From contig CBDESZ010000009.1 in the NCBI GenBank assembly GCA_965242725.1, positions 1 to 64,000 on the forward strand: a stretch of DNA of 64,000 nucleotides, given 5' to 3'. A model generated the notes under the pieces. That model had not been told where the DNA came from, did no database searches, and saw nothing but the letters and a program-made list of their open reading frames with translations. Shown here piece by piece: positions 40,465-50,743 of the stretch (the stretch's first letter is position 1; the number at the start of each line of letters is the position of its first letter). Origin of the DNA: Alkalispirochaeta sp. GTDB lineage: Bacteria; Spirochaetota; Spirochaetia; DSM-27196; Alkalispirochaetaceae. The translations under genes were made by a program, and so were the position numbers.

Positions 40465-41235
40465 CTACGGTGCGGATCGGCAGACGGTCGGCCACAACGC
40501 GGCGGCAAGGGGAATGACGAGGCCATGGACCGCCGTTTCCGTACGATATATCGACGGCCCAAGGGATACGCCGTCATACCTATAGGCATCCAGCATGCCC
40601 GTCTCCTCCCCGGTCAGTCCACGCTCCGGTCCGACACAGATCGTCACGTGCTGTTTGTGCGTTCCGGCTGTATTTGTGACGTCTGAAAGGAGCGTATGGA
40701 GGGAGATTGAGGGGAGTCCTCCAAGTGCGCCAAAGATCCTGTACTCACCGGGCCCCTTCTCTCTGCCGTGAACCCTCTGAAGGGCTTCTTCAATGTTCCG
40801 GTACCGCCATACTGCGGGAACGATGGTATGGCCACCCTGACTCGCCCCTTCCAGGAGGCGCTCGTCCATATTCTCCCATATGGAACTGTCCATATAGGTT
40901 CGTTCACCCAGGCGTCCGGCAAAAACATGAATGGCCCGTATGCGCGCCGTCGACAGATCGCGCCACAACCGCTGCAGGACCGGCGGCCGGGGGTGTCCGA
41001 CAAGTACATCGATCGGCAGCGGCGACATGACGGTGTCACCCCATACAGCGGATATCGTGGTGCCCACTTTTCCCGTTTCTACGATTGTGCCCGTTCCCGT
41101 CGGCCCGTTGACGACACCGATACGGACCGTATCGCCCGCTACCGCACGGAGCACCGAGACGATATGGCGATGCCGCCGGTCAACACGATCGAGGTGATAG
41201 CGATCCCGATGATGCTTAAAAAGTATGAGATTCAC
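40465..41235 (-). CDS. rsmE: 16S rRNA m3U1498 methyltransferase RsmE family
   Basis: HIVSVLR, VGPERGLT, LGPSIYRTETA SPOUT motifs. Confidence 0.85.
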   Translation of the reverse strand: MNLILFKHHRDRYHLDRVDRRHRHIVSVLRAVAGDTVRIGVVNGPTGTGTIVETGKVGTTISAVWGDTVMSPLPIDVLVGHPRPPVLQRLWRDLSTARIRAIHVFAGRLGERTYMDSSIWENMDERLLEGASQGGHTIVPAVWRYRNIEEALQRVHGREKGPGEYRIFGALGGLPSISLHTLLSDVTNTAGTHKQHVTICVGPERGLTGEETGMLDAYRYDGVSLGPSIYRTETAVHGLVIPLAAALWPTVCRSAP

Positions 41236-41828
41236 GAAAGAGACTGGAGATTGCCGGGCGTCGACGGGAGGGAGCTTTGAAAAAAGGCCGCCACGGAATC
41301 GACGGATACCCCGTCAACTCCGATGAGTCGCTGCAGAATCATTCCGTCGATTGTACAGAGAAGTACCTGCGCCATGGCGGTATAATCGTCGCGTCCGCGA
41401 TAAATCCGACCAAGTCCTTCGTAAATGAGTTCCCGCCAGCGATGGTATTCCTTTACAAATCGTTTTCGCAGATTGGGGTTTTCCGTGAGCGCTTCCTGAA
41501 TAAGGTAGATATGGATGAGCCCGCGGCTCGGCGAGTGCATGACCGTGTTCAAGACCATTCGAAATACCGTACGCGGTGATTGCTCGGTCCCGCTCGACTC
41601 GAGCCATCGGAAGAGCCGATTTGTCATGTTTGACATGTGACGTTCTGCCACGTCAAATATGAGATCACCTTTGGTGGCGTAGTAGTAGTACAGGGTTCCT
41701 TTGCTGATCTCCGCGGCGACGGCGATATCGGCAAGGGTGGTATTGTCTATGCCCCGTTCCCGTATCAGTTTTGCCGCGACCTGTATGATTCGTTCCCGAT
41801 TTGCCGGCGTCGTTTTCCGCTGCCCCAT
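41232..41828 (-). CDS. TetR/AcrR family transcriptional regulator
   Basis: RERIIQVAAKLIRERG...TTLADIAVAAEISKGTLYYYYATKGDL. Confidence 0.92.
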   Translation of the reverse strand: MGQRKTTPANRERIIQVAAKLIRERGIDNTTLADIAVAAEISKGTLYYYYATKGDLIFDVAERHMSNMTNRLFRWLESSGTEQSPRTVFRMVLNTVMHSPSRGLIHIYLIQEALTENPNLRKRFVKEYHRWRELIYEGLGRIYRGRDDYTAMAQVLLCTIDGMILQRLIGVDGVSVDSVAAFFQSSLPSTPGNLQSLS

Positions 41829-41834
41829 GTCGGG

Positions 41835-41863
41835 AGAATACCCCATCATGACGTGCTGGTCAA
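41835..41863 (-). promoter_or_regulatory. putative sigma-70 promoter of tetR (leaderless)
   Basis: TTGACC-N17-TATTCT, 6 nt before ATG. Confidence 0.7.
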
Positions 41864-41933
41864 TTTTTTCGGCCCAAGACCGAACTTTTGACGCCTGCAG
41901 GCGTTCGTCGGTATCCGCCGTCTGCCCCGGGAC

Positions 41934-41963
41934 TTGCACAGGCGGAGTTGAGACCAATAGAAT
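41934..41963 (+). promoter_or_regulatory. putative sigma-70 promoter of the pspC-domain gene (leaderless)
   Basis: TTGCAC-N18-TAGAAT, 6 nt before ATG. Confidence 0.6.
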
Positions 41964-41969
41964 ACCGGC

Positions 41970-42179
41970 ATGAGTAATTTTCGACCGCCGGAACGCCGAT
42001 TGTATCGGAGTCGTGTCGACCGCAAGATTGCCGGCGTCTGCGGCGGCATTGCGGAGTTTTTCGGCATCGATTCATCGCTGGTACGAATCGGATTTGTCGT
42101 GCTCTTTGTCCTGGGCGGCGGCGGGGCGCTGATATACCTTATCGCCGCGCTGATTCTCGACAACAATCCCTGGCAGTAG
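41970..42179 (+). CDS. PspC domain protein
   Basis: LYRSRVDRKIAGVCGGIAEFFGID..LVRIGFV...YLIAALIL. Confidence 0.92.
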   Translation: MSNFRPPERRLYRSRVDRKIAGVCGGIAEFFGIDSSLVRIGFVVLFVLGGGGALIYLIAALILDNNPWQ

Positions 42180-42199
42180 GTTCGGAAAAAGGGAATCCC

Positions 42200-42805
42200 C
42201 TACTCTACGATACCGCGCATAAATGAGACGAGCACCTCAAGGGCCTTCTGGTTCTGTCCGCCTTCCGGGACGATGAGGTCTGCGTAAGCCTTGGTGGGTT
42301 CTATAAACTCATAGTGACCGGGACGCACCGTTTCAAGGTACTGGTCCACCACCGACTGAACGGTCCTGCCCCGTTCGTCGATGTCCCGGGACATGCGCCG
42401 TATAAAACGGATGTCATCCGGGGTATCAACGTATATCTTGAGATCGATCAAATCGCGGATTCTCGATTCAAAGAAAATCATTATTCCTTCAAGGATCACG
42501 AGTTTGCCCGGCTCTAGGAGGATGGTCTTCTCTTCACGACGATGGTGTACAAAGTCGTATTGCGGCATTTCCACAGCCTTGCCTGCCCGAAGTTCGGCGA
42601 GATGGATCTCCAGTAAATCCGTGTCAAATGCCGCGGGATGGTCAAAATTAAAGGCGTTGATGTTTGTATTGCTCACGTACTCCGCGGAACGGTAGTAGTT
42701 GTCCTGGGGAATGAATGCAAAATCTCCCACGATTTCCGAAATTTTTCGTACGATTGTCGTCTTGCCGGAACCGGAGCCCCCGGAAATGCCAATGATTCGA
42801 GCCAT
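42200..42805 (-). CDS. udk: uridine kinase
   Basis: [47 protein letters not shown]. Confidence 0.95.
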   Translation of the reverse strand: MARIIGISGGSGSGKTTIVRKISEIVGDFAFIPQDNYYRSAEYVSNTNINAFNFDHPAAFDTDLLEIHLAELRAGKAVEMPQYDFVHHRREEKTILLEPGKLVILEGIMIFFESRIRDLIDLKIYVDTPDDIRFIRRMSRDIDERGRTVQSVVDQYLETVRPGHYEFIEPTKAYADLIVPEGGQNQKALEVLVSFMRGIVE

Positions 42806-42814
42806 AGGGTACTG

Positions 42815-42843
42815 ACTATAGGAGGCCGAAGGATGCTGTGCAA
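42815..42843 (-). promoter_or_regulatory. putative sigma-70 promoter of udk (near-leaderless)
   Basis: TTGCAC-N17-TATAGT, 9 nt before ATG. Confidence 0.65.
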
Positions 42844-42859
42844 GGTGTACGGCGCCAAC

Positions 42860-44449
42860 TCATGCGTAATGGCGATTTGTCCCGACCGCCGTCGTCAGGG
42901 CGTCCCGCATTTCCCTCCGGCCGTAGGGTTTCCGCAGCACGTACTGAAAATCGGCATCCCGAAAATAGGGTTCGCTCTTGCGATGCAGCGCCCCGGAACT
43001 CAGTACCGCCGGCAGTTCCGGTATAAATTCCCGCACCCGCTGCAGAAGCTGTACGCCGTCGACCTGACCGGGCATCGCCAGATCCGTCACGAGAATATCG
43101 AAGGGCGCCGTTCCATCTGCAAGGGATTTCCTGACCACTTCAATGGCGCGCTCGCCGCTCGGAACTGCGGTCACCTCGCATCCCAGATGGGATATGATCT
43201 GTTCCACCGAACTTCGTACCAAAGGGTCATCTTCCACAAGGAGGACCCGGAGTCCCTTCAGCTCCGCGGGAGTGTCGTGGACGAGCCGGGAGTTTTCGTC
43301 GGTGACCGGACGGGGCGTATCACCCCGCTCCGTCGCGACAGGGAGATGTATCGTCACGTCGGTTCCAAACCCCGGATCGGTCTGTATCGCAATACGCCCG
43401 CCGTGTTGCTGCAGAATCGACATTGAGATGGAAAGCCCCATTCCGGCGCGGTCTTCCTTGGTCGTGAAATAGGGGCGAAACACCTCCCCGGCGATACGGG
43501 GGTCCATTCCGGTACCGTTGTCACGTATGATAATACCGATAGCCCCGTCGCGATTACAGACTTCCACGCGAAGTATACCGGTGTCGTCCATCGCCTCGAC
43601 GGCGTTGACCACAACATTGAATAGGGCGTGACTCAATGCGTGGGGCGGCAGTGCCGCGGCGGGAATCACTCCGTCCATAAAGAACGTCGTCTTCACCGGC
43701 GCTCCACCGGCGGCGAGGGTGACCGTATCGTGAACGATCTCGGCGACGTCCTCCGTCACTGAAAACTCTCCTTCAGCGTCTCCGCCGTCGACGATGCGAT
43801 CCATAAACCGATCCAACTGGACGCCCAACCGGTAGACTTTGTGCGCCACCCCGTGTATGCGGTGTGTCGCCTTGATCCAGTCCGCCGATCCGTCGTGGGA
43901 GGCACTTCGTTCAATTGACTCGACGTCGCTCATCAACGCCGTGGAGCAATCGAGTAACACGTTCGACAACCCCTCCATGGCGACGTGCAGGTTTTCTGCA
44001 CGCTGCAGTTTCTGCAGTTCCATCCACAGACGACGCTGTTCTCCTATCCATTCCACCGCCACGACGGCAACGGGAGTTTCGGCACCGGTGGCACCCTCTG
44101 ACTCGATGGGATGGACGACGACCTTGATCTCCTCCGGAACCAAATCGGGAGCATGGAGAATCAGTCCGGACTGGTACTCCCGCACACGGTGTAACCGCAT
44201 GACACCGGAAACAAGATCATCAACCTCGATCAGCGCCCCGTCGTGTTCGACGACGAGGACCTCGTGGAGGGGCCGATGAAGGAGACCGTCCAACTCGCCG
44301 GAACGGCTGAACTGACGACACGCAAGGCGATTTGCGTGTATGACACGGTATGCTTCATTCAGCACGAATATTGCGGCGTTTCCGATATTCATGAGGGTCG
44401 TCAATACGGACGAAGAAGAATCACGGAAACTGCGTTCAAGTCCACTCAC
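42860..44449 (-). CDS. PAS-HATPase-REC hybrid sensor kinase with degenerate H-box
   Basis: N-box NVVVNAVEAM, DNGTGM, FRPYFTTK, GMGL; REC VEDD, TDLAMP, KP; H-box position reads GLSNVLLD; start uncertain. Confidence 0.8.
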   Translation of the reverse strand: MSGLERSFRDSSSSVLTTLMNIGNAAIFVLNEAYRVIHANRLACRQFSRSGELDGLLHRPLHEVLVVEHDGALIEVDDLVSGVMRLHRVREYQSGLILHAPDLVPEEIKVVVHPIESEGATGAETPVAVVAVEWIGEQRRLWMELQKLQRAENLHVAMEGLSNVLLDCSTALMSDVESIERSASHDGSADWIKATHRIHGVAHKVYRLGVQLDRFMDRIVDGGDAEGEFSVTEDVAEIVHDTVTLAAGGAPVKTTFFMDGVIPAAALPPHALSHALFNVVVNAVEAMDDTGILRVEVCNRDGAIGIIIRDNGTGMDPRIAGEVFRPYFTTKEDRAGMGLSISMSILQQHGGRIAIQTDPGFGTDVTIHLPVATERGDTPRPVTDENSRLVHDTPAELKGLRVLLVEDDPLVRSSVEQIISHLGCEVTAVPSGERAIEVVRKSLADGTAPFDILVTDLAMPGQVDGVQLLQRVREFIPELPAVLSSGALHRKSEPYFRDADFQYVLRKPYGRREMRDALTTAVGTNRHYA

Positions 44450-44487
44450 CCTTGAAATTCTTTGACAGGTCGGCTGCAATTGCAAGG

Positions 44488-45435
44488 GTGTATGACATAA
44501 TTGGTGATATTCATGGCCACGCGACGCTCCTCAAACGACTTCTCACCCGATTGGGGTACCATCGGAGCGGTGTTTCCTGGCGCTACCCCGGCGGATCGCG
44601 CCGCGTTGTATTTGTAGGGGACTACATCGATCGGGGCCCGGAGATCCGGGAGACCCTCCGCATCGTCCGGGCCATGGTGGACAACGACGGCGGGCACGCG
44701 CTTATGGGGAACCACGAGTTCAACGCCGTCGGGTGGCATACAACGGATCCTCTGGGCAGACCCTATCGACCCCACTCACCAACCCATTTGAAACAGCATA
44801 GGCGCACCCTTGAAGAGTACGCCGGGGATACGGAGGCGCTGCAATCGGACATCGCATGGATGCGGACGCTTCCCCTTTTTTTTGAAGACGAGTCCATACG
44901 GGTGGTCCACGCCGCGTGGGACCAGGGCATTGTCGAGTGGTTGCGCAAGCGGGAGGCTGCACACGGCGCCTCCACCCCCCTCACGGGCGACACCTTTCTC
45001 CATGACGCCTTTCAAATGGGAACGAGGGAGTATGAAGCGGTGGAAACGCTCCTGAAGGGGTACGAAACAGCGCTTCCCCAGGGATACTCATACAGGGACA
45101 AAGACGGGGCACGGCGGTTTTCAACCCGTATACAATGGTGGAGCGACCGTATCGACGGACGGAATGGCGTCGTCTCTCTCGGTGAAATCGCCACCCCTCC
45201 GGCGGACAGACTGCTGGAACATGTGACTATCCCCCGGTCCCTGGTCGACGTTGCGCCGTACACCGATACGATTCCCGTGTTTTTCGGTCACTACTGGCTT
45301 ACCGGCACGCCCGCACCGCTCTCCCCCGTGACGGCGTGCCTTGACTACAGCGTCGCAAAGGGAGGGCCCCTGTGCGCATATCGATACGACGGAGAGTTTC
45401 CCCTCCGTCGTGACAATTTTATCTGCGTTTCCTGA
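44488..45435 (+). CDS. calcineurin-like metallophosphoesterase (PrpA/ApaH-like)
   Basis: GDIHGH, GDYIDRG, GNHE, VHA, FGHYW. Confidence 0.9.
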   Translation: MYDIIGDIHGHATLLKRLLTRLGYHRSGVSWRYPGGSRRVVFVGDYIDRGPEIRETLRIVRAMVDNDGGHALMGNHEFNAVGWHTTDPLGRPYRPHSPTHLKQHRRTLEEYAGDTEALQSDIAWMRTLPLFFEDESIRVVHAAWDQGIVEWLRKREAAHGASTPLTGDTFLHDAFQMGTREYEAVETLLKGYETALPQGYSYRDKDGARRFSTRIQWWSDRIDGRNGVVSLGEIATPPADRLLEHVTIPRSLVDVAPYTDTIPVFFGHYWLTGTPAPLSPVTACLDYSVAKGGPLCAYRYDGEFPLRRDNFICVS

Positions 45436-45456
45436 TACGAACCTGACGACCTCCGG

Positions 45457-46746
45457 TCATCCTTTCCTGGCGAGTCGGAAGGCGGATTCCAGATCGGCAA
45501 TGATATCATCGGGATGCTCAAGCCCGATTGAAAGGCGAATCAGTTCCGGCGGAAGCTTGGCGGCCCGCTGCTGTTCCTCGGAAAGCTGGCTGTGGGTCGT
45601 ACTTGCAGGGTGGATCGCCAGGCTCTTTGCGTCACCCACGTTCGCGACGTGACTGAAAAGCTCAAGAGAATTGATGAACCGTTCTCCCGCATTGCGACCT
45701 CCCCGGATGCCGAAGGTAACCATACCGCCATATCCCTTTTTCAGGTACTTTTTCGCGTTTTCGTGGCCGGGGCTGCCGGGAAGACCGGGGTACCACACCC
45801 ATTCGACGTCCTTGTGGCTGGAAAGGAAGTCCGCCACCGCCGCGGCATTTGAACTGTGCCGCTCCATTCGCAGCGGTAACGTCTCCAGTCCCTGGAGGAA
45901 TATCCACGCGTTGTCGGGGCTGATCGCGGCACCGAGATTTCGCAGCGGAACGAGGCGCATCCGCAGAATGTACGCCAACGGGCCAAGATCTCCGAGGTCG
46001 TAGGCGTACCGCAAGTTGTGGTAACTGCCGTCGGGTTCGACGAGGTTTGCAAACTTCGGATCGTCCCAGTTGAATCGTCCGCTGTCCACGACGGCGCCGC
46101 CGATTGCGGAGCCGTGTCCTCCCAGCCATTTTGTAAGGCTGTGGACGACGATATCGACACCGTGTTCCATCGGTTGAAAGAGATAGGGCGTCGTAAAGGT
46201 TGCGTCGGCGATGATCGGCAGCCGGTGACGACGCGCCACTTCGGCGAGGGCGTCAAAGTCGGGAACCAGAAGCGCGGGATTTCCGATCGTCTCGATGAAT
46301 ATCGCCCGCGTCTTGTCGTTGATCGCCCCTTTCACCTCGTCCAGGTTGAGGGGGTCCACAAAGCGGACGGTAATTCCATACTGGGGAAGGATATCATTGA
46401 ACATCGTGTAGGTACCGCCGTAAAGGTACTTCGATGAAACGATCTCATCCCCCGCCCGTGCCAGGTTGATGATCGAATAATAGACGGCGCTCGTGCCGGA
46501 AGCCAGCGCCAGCGATGCGGCACCACCGTCAAGGGCGGCGAGACGTTCCTCAAGGACATTCTGCGTCGGGTTCTGCAGCCGGGTATAGATATATCCCAGC
46601 TCCTTGAGACCGAAGAGATTTGCCGCATGTTCAGCGTCACGAAAGTTGTATGCCGTCGTCCGATGGACCGCGACGCCCCTGCTCGGTGAAGCCTCGTCTT
46701 TTGTCTGCCCGGCGTGCAGTGCCAGTGTTTCAAAATGGTAACTCAC
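45457..46746 (-). CDS. metY: O-acetylhomoserine/O-acetylserine sulfhydrylase
   Basis: FETLALHAG, IYTRLQNPT, HSLTKWLGGHG (PLP Lys), ANVGDAKSLAIHPASTTH; GTG start with SD GAGGAGG. Confidence 0.93.
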   Translation of the reverse strand: MSYHFETLALHAGQTKDEASPSRGVAVHRTTAYNFRDAEHAANLFGLKELGYIYTRLQNPTQNVLEERLAALDGGAASLALASGTSAVYYSIINLARAGDEIVSSKYLYGGTYTMFNDILPQYGITVRFVDPLNLDEVKGAINDKTRAIFIETIGNPALLVPDFDALAEVARRHRLPIIADATFTTPYLFQPMEHGVDIVVHSLTKWLGGHGSAIGGAVVDSGRFNWDDPKFANLVEPDGSYHNLRYAYDLGDLGPLAYILRMRLVPLRNLGAAISPDNAWIFLQGLETLPLRMERHSSNAAAVADFLSSHKDVEWVWYPGLPGSPGHENAKKYLKKGYGGMVTFGIRGGRNAGERFINSLELFSHVANVGDAKSLAIHPASTTHSQLSEEQQRAAKLPPELIRLSIGLEHPDDIIADLESAFRLARKG

Positions 46747-47666
46747 GATTGTTCCTCCTCGTATAACCAGGTGCTCAAATACCGTTCTCCGGTATCGCAC
46801 ACGACGGTTACGATATTCTTTCCTGCATAACGCGGATCCGACGCCATTCGTAACGCCGCCGCAACATTTGCCCCCGCGGATATTCCGGCAAAGATCCCCT
46901 CTTCAGTCGCCAGTCGACGGGCGGTGGACTTCGCTTCCTCTGCCTCCACGGTCACCACCCCGGACAACAGGGATACGTCGAGAACCTCCGGTATAAACCC
47001 GGCACCGATACCCTGTATCCGGTGAGGACCGGCGTTTCCGCCGGACAATACCGGCGAATCATGGGGTTCCACGGCGATCAGCTCCACCGTCGGTGATTTG
47101 CCCCTGAGAAATCGCCCGGTACCGGTGATCGTTCCGCCGGTACCGACGCCGGCGATAAAAAGATCCACCTTTTCCCCCGACTGTCGCCATATCTCAGGTC
47201 CGGTGGTCTCCTCGTGGACACGGGGATTGGCGGGGTTAGAGAACTGACGCATCAGCACCGCCCCATTTGTCTCCCTCTCGATCTGCTCAGCCCGTTCCGA
47301 CGCCGCCTTCATTCCCCCGCTGCCGGGAGTGAGTTCCAGCCGCGCACCGAGGGCAGTCAGGAGCCTGCGACGCTCGAGACTCATCGTCTCAGGCATCGTA
47401 AGAACCACATGGTATCCCCGTTGCGCCCCAATCCAGGCAAGGCCGATTCCGGTATTCCCGCTGGTAGCCTCTACAATCGTCGATCCCGGTTGCAGTTCGC
47501 CTCGTGCCTCAGCCGCCTCAACCATGGACCGGGCGATTCTGTCCTTGACGCTTCCCAGTGGATTACGGTTTTCCAGCTTCAGAAGAACCGTACCGGGAAG
47601 CTCTGCATCCATTCGAGACATCGGAACCAAAGGTGTCTCGCCAACGGTATCAATATACTGTCGCAC
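46743..47666 (-). CDS. cysK: cysteine synthase A
   Basis: NPLGSVKDRIA, EATSGNTGIGLA, GVGTGGT, HRIQGIGAG, DTGERYLST. Confidence 0.95.
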   Translation of the reverse strand: MRQYIDTVGETPLVPMSRMDAELPGTVLLKLENRNPLGSVKDRIARSMVEAAEARGELQPGSTIVEATSGNTGIGLAWIGAQRGYHVVLTMPETMSLERRRLLTALGARLELTPGSGGMKAASERAEQIERETNGAVLMRQFSNPANPRVHEETTGPEIWRQSGEKVDLFIAGVGTGGTITGTGRFLRGKSPTVELIAVEPHDSPVLSGGNAGPHRIQGIGAGFIPEVLDVSLLSGVVTVEAEEAKSTARRLATEEGIFAGISAGANVAAALRMASDPRYAGKNIVTVVCDTGERYLSTWLYEEEQS

Positions 47667-47801
47667 CTTTCTGCAACCTCCTTTCCATATGGCGCACCCG
47701 ATCGATGCGTCAAATTATCCTATATTCCTACCGGTATTTAGGTTACAAATTCGAAAACATAAGGTCAATATTATTCATTGGTTTTGTCATAATTATCACC
47801 C

Positions 47802-47830
47802 TGGACGTGGGGAACAAAGGTACGTATGTT
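47802..47830 (+). promoter_or_regulatory. putative sigma-70 promoter of the M16 peptidase gene (leaderless)
   Basis: TGGACG-N17-TATGTT, 6 nt before ATG 47837. Confidence 0.55.
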
Positions 47831-47836
47831 AACGCC

Positions 47837-50737
47837 ATGAGACACAACCGCCTTTTTCATATCATTCTCGTTGCACTTCTTCTTGTTTCCGCCGTCACAA
47901 CGGCGGAAGGGATCAAGGAAACCCCGCAGAACGATCCGAGCTCTTCTTCCACCTCACGGAGCGACCGCCTCCTGCCCTTTCGCGACACCATTCGGCACGG
48001 GCGGCTTCCCAACGGAATGGAGTATTATCTGCAGCAGCACCCCCATCCTGAGGACACGGTGACGATTCGGTTGATCGTTGACGCCGGCAGTGTCCTTGAA
48101 ACTGAAGAACAGCGGGGGCTTGCGCATTTTGTCGAGCATATGGCCTTTAACGGCACCCGGGATTTTGACGAAAACGAGCTTGTCGCCTACCTTGAGCGGC
48201 TCGGCATACAATTCGGCCCCGATGTGAATGCGTACACATCCTTTGATGAGACTGTCTATCGCCTGGATCTACCCGCCCGGGACGACGGGACGCTTACGAC
48301 CGGTTTTCGCGTCATGAGTCAATGGGCCGGCGCAATTTCTTTTGAGAGCGACGCCATCGAGCGGGAACGGGGCGTCATCGTTGAAGAGTGGAGAGGCGGA
48401 CAGAACGCCGCCCAGCGCATGTTGCGCCAACACATGCCGGTCCTCCTTGCCGAGTCGCGGTACGCCCGGCGTCTCCCCATAGGCGAAATGGAGGTTGTCC
48501 GAAACGCTCCCCGATCGGAATTTCTTGATTTCTATCGTCGCTGGTACCGTCCGGACAACATGGCCGTCGTAGTGGCGGGAGATATTTCAACGGACACCAT
48601 GGAACGTCTCGTCAGGGAGTATTTCAGCGGGATTCCGCGACCGGCGACCTCCCTGGACCGACCCTATTATCACGTCCCTATTCAGGAGGAGGTACGGGCG
48701 AGTATCGCCACCGACGAGGAAGCACAGCGAAGCACCGTTGCCATCTACCGCCTGCAGCCGCCTCAATCGTTCGAGACGGAAGGCGACTACCGGCGCATCC
48801 TCGTCCGATCCCTCTTTGCCTCTACCTTCAACGAGCGAATACGGGACATAAGCCGTGAACCGGATGCCCCCATCGTCCAGGGAGGAGTCGGGTGGAATCG
48901 ATTTCTCAGGGATACGGAAATCGCCGTTGCCAGCGTCGTCGTCCGGGATGACCGTATTACCGATGCACTCACACTCCTCGCGACCGAGCTCTATCGCGTT
49001 GAACAACACGGTTTTCTGCCTGACGAGGTCGATCGCGCGCGACGACGCCTTCTGCAATCTATCGATGAAGCATTGGTGAACAGAGAGAGCCGGAACGCCT
49101 CCGCTCTTGCGGATGAGCTTGTCCGACACTGGACCGAGGGAGAAGCGGTTCCGGGCATAGAGGAAGAGCACCGCCTCTACCGCCGGTTCGTCCCTGAAAT
49201 CACCGTTGCGGAAGTAAACGACGTCATCCGGGAGTTCCTGGACGATCGGGGACGGGTCATTCTGGGGGGAGTTCGGGTCACCGAAGACGGAACACTGCCC
49301 GGCGGCGGTCCGGTACCTGAGGAGCAGGAGCTCATTGAAATCGTCGAGAATGCCGGAACGGCGCACCTGGACCGGTGGGAAAGCGCCCAGGTCGGAGAGA
49401 CGCTCCTTCCCAACCCTCCCGTCCCCGGTGCCGTTGAGTCCGAAATCTATCACGAAGCGGTGGACACGACGGAACTCCGCCTGTCCAATGGAATGCGGGT
49501 ATTTCTCAAACCGACCGACTACAAGGAAGATGAAATACTCTTCAGCGCGTACAGCCCCGGCGGTCTCGCCCTCGTCGAGGATGAACTCGTGGCGACGGCG
49601 CAGCTTGCCTCCGCGGTGGCCGATGCAAGCGGTATCGGCGAAATTGACGCTCCGACACTTGAAAAAATCCTTGCCGGGAGTTCCGTCACTCTCTCGACGT
49701 CGATTTCACGTGTCGCCGAGACGATTTCCGGAAGCAGCCGGTCGGAGGATCTCGAAACACTTCTGCAACTTGCGCACCTCGTTTATACCCGACCCCGATT
49801 TGACGCGAATCAGCTAGAAAATCTTCGGCGACAGACGATTCAACGAATCGAAGGCTCCCTGGCGTCACCGACGGGACAATTCGGGCGTCGCCTTGAAGAA
49901 CTCTTTGCGTCGGGAAATCCGCGGCTGCGATCGCCGCAGGTGGATGAGGTATCTTCAATTACCATCGAAAATACGGAGCAGGTCTTTCGGGAACGCTTCT
50001 CCCGTCCCGAGGATTTCGCACTCTTTTTCGTCGGCACCTTTGAAATCGAGGAGATGCGTCGCCTTGCGGCAACCTACCTCGCTTCTATACCACCCGGCGG
50101 AGAAATCGGGGACGATACCGTCCAATACGGTTTTGTCGAATCCATTCCCGATTCTTTCCCCCTCCCTCCCCGGGGAATCGTTGAAGAGACCGTCCGTGCC
50201 GGAAGTGAGCCGGTTGGCCGTACGGTGATACTCGTGCACGGTCCCTACGAATGGTCCCGGGAAGAGAACCACCGATTCAACTCTCTTGCCGATCTTCTCG
50301 ATATCAGGCTCCGGGAGGCGATACGGGAAGAGGTCGGAGGCAGCTACTCCGTCGGCGCGGCGGGATGGCGCTGGCGACGCCCCGAGCCGTGGTCCTTCAT
50401 GCAGCTCGCCTACGGAATGGATCCGGAGCGTTCGGATGAACTTGTCGACATCGTCTACTCCATCGTCGATGAGGTACGGCGGGAAGCGCCGTCCCGGGAC
50501 TACCTGGAACGGATAACCGCTCAGCAGCGTGAACGCTACCGGATCGCCGTCCAGGACAACGGATACTGGCTTTCAAACCTGCAGTTTTCCGTTCAGCACG
50601 GGCGGGATCCGGCGGATATCCCCGATTTTCCGAAACTCATCGATTCTCTGACGCCGGAGGACATACGGAGCAGCGCAGAGCGATTCCTCGATCCCGCACG
50701 GAGAATACAACTGATACTTCTTCCTGAAGGGGAATGA
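47837..50737 (+). CDS. M16 family zinc protease (PqqL-like), exported
   Basis: Signal peptide, GLAHFVEHMAFNGT (HxxEH), NAYTSFDETVY, ERGVIVEE; duplicated LSNGMRV half. Confidence 0.92.
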   Translation: MRHNRLFHIILVALLLVSAVTTAEGIKETPQNDPSSSSTSRSDRLLPFRDTIRHGRLPNGMEYYLQQHPHPEDTVTIRLIVDAGSVLETEEQRGLAHFVEHMAFNGTRDFDENELVAYLERLGIQFGPDVNAYTSFDETVYRLDLPARDDGTLTTGFRVMSQWAGAISFESDAIERERGVIVEEWRGGQNAAQRMLRQHMPVLLAESRYARRLPIGEMEVVRNAPRSEFLDFYRRWYRPDNMAVVVAGDISTDTMERLVREYFSGIPRPATSLDRPYYHVPIQEEVRASIATDEEAQRSTVAIYRLQPPQSFETEGDYRRILVRSLFASTFNERIRDISREPDAPIVQGGVGWNRFLRDTEIAVASVVVRDDRITDALTLLATELYRVEQHGFLPDEVDRARRRLLQSIDEALVNRESRNASALADELVRHWTEGEAVPGIEEEHRLYRRFVPEITVAEVNDVIREFLDDRGRVILGGVRVTEDGTLPGGGPVPEEQELIEIVENAGTAHLDRWESAQVGETLLPNPPVPGAVESEIYHEAVDTTELRLSNGMRVFLKPTDYKEDEILFSAYSPGGLALVEDELVATAQLASAVADASGIGEIDAPTLEKILAGSSVTLSTSISRVAETISGSSRSEDLETLLQLAHLVYTRPRFDANQLENLRRQTIQRIEGSLASPTGQFGRRLEELFASGNPRLRSPQVDEVSSITIENTEQVFRERFSRPEDFALFFVGTFEIEEMRRLAATYLASIPPGGEIGDDTVQYGFVESIPDSFPLPPRGIVEETVRAGSEPVGRTVILVHGPYEWSREENHRFNSLADLLDIRLREAIREEVGGSYSVGAAGWRWRRPEPWSFMQLAYGMDPERSDELVDIVYSIVDEVRREAPSRDYLERITAQQRERYRIAVQDNGYWLSNLQFSVQHGRDPADIPDFPKLIDSLTPEDIRSSAERFLDPARRIQLILLPEGE

Positions 50738-50743
50738 ATGCGG

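Noticed and set aside
40401..40589. N-terminal extensions given by the ORF track for murC (also uvrB, tetR, metY, M16 protease, vor beta)
   Set aside because: They overlap neighbouring genes or promoters; downstream starts have SD or -10 support and match family N-termini
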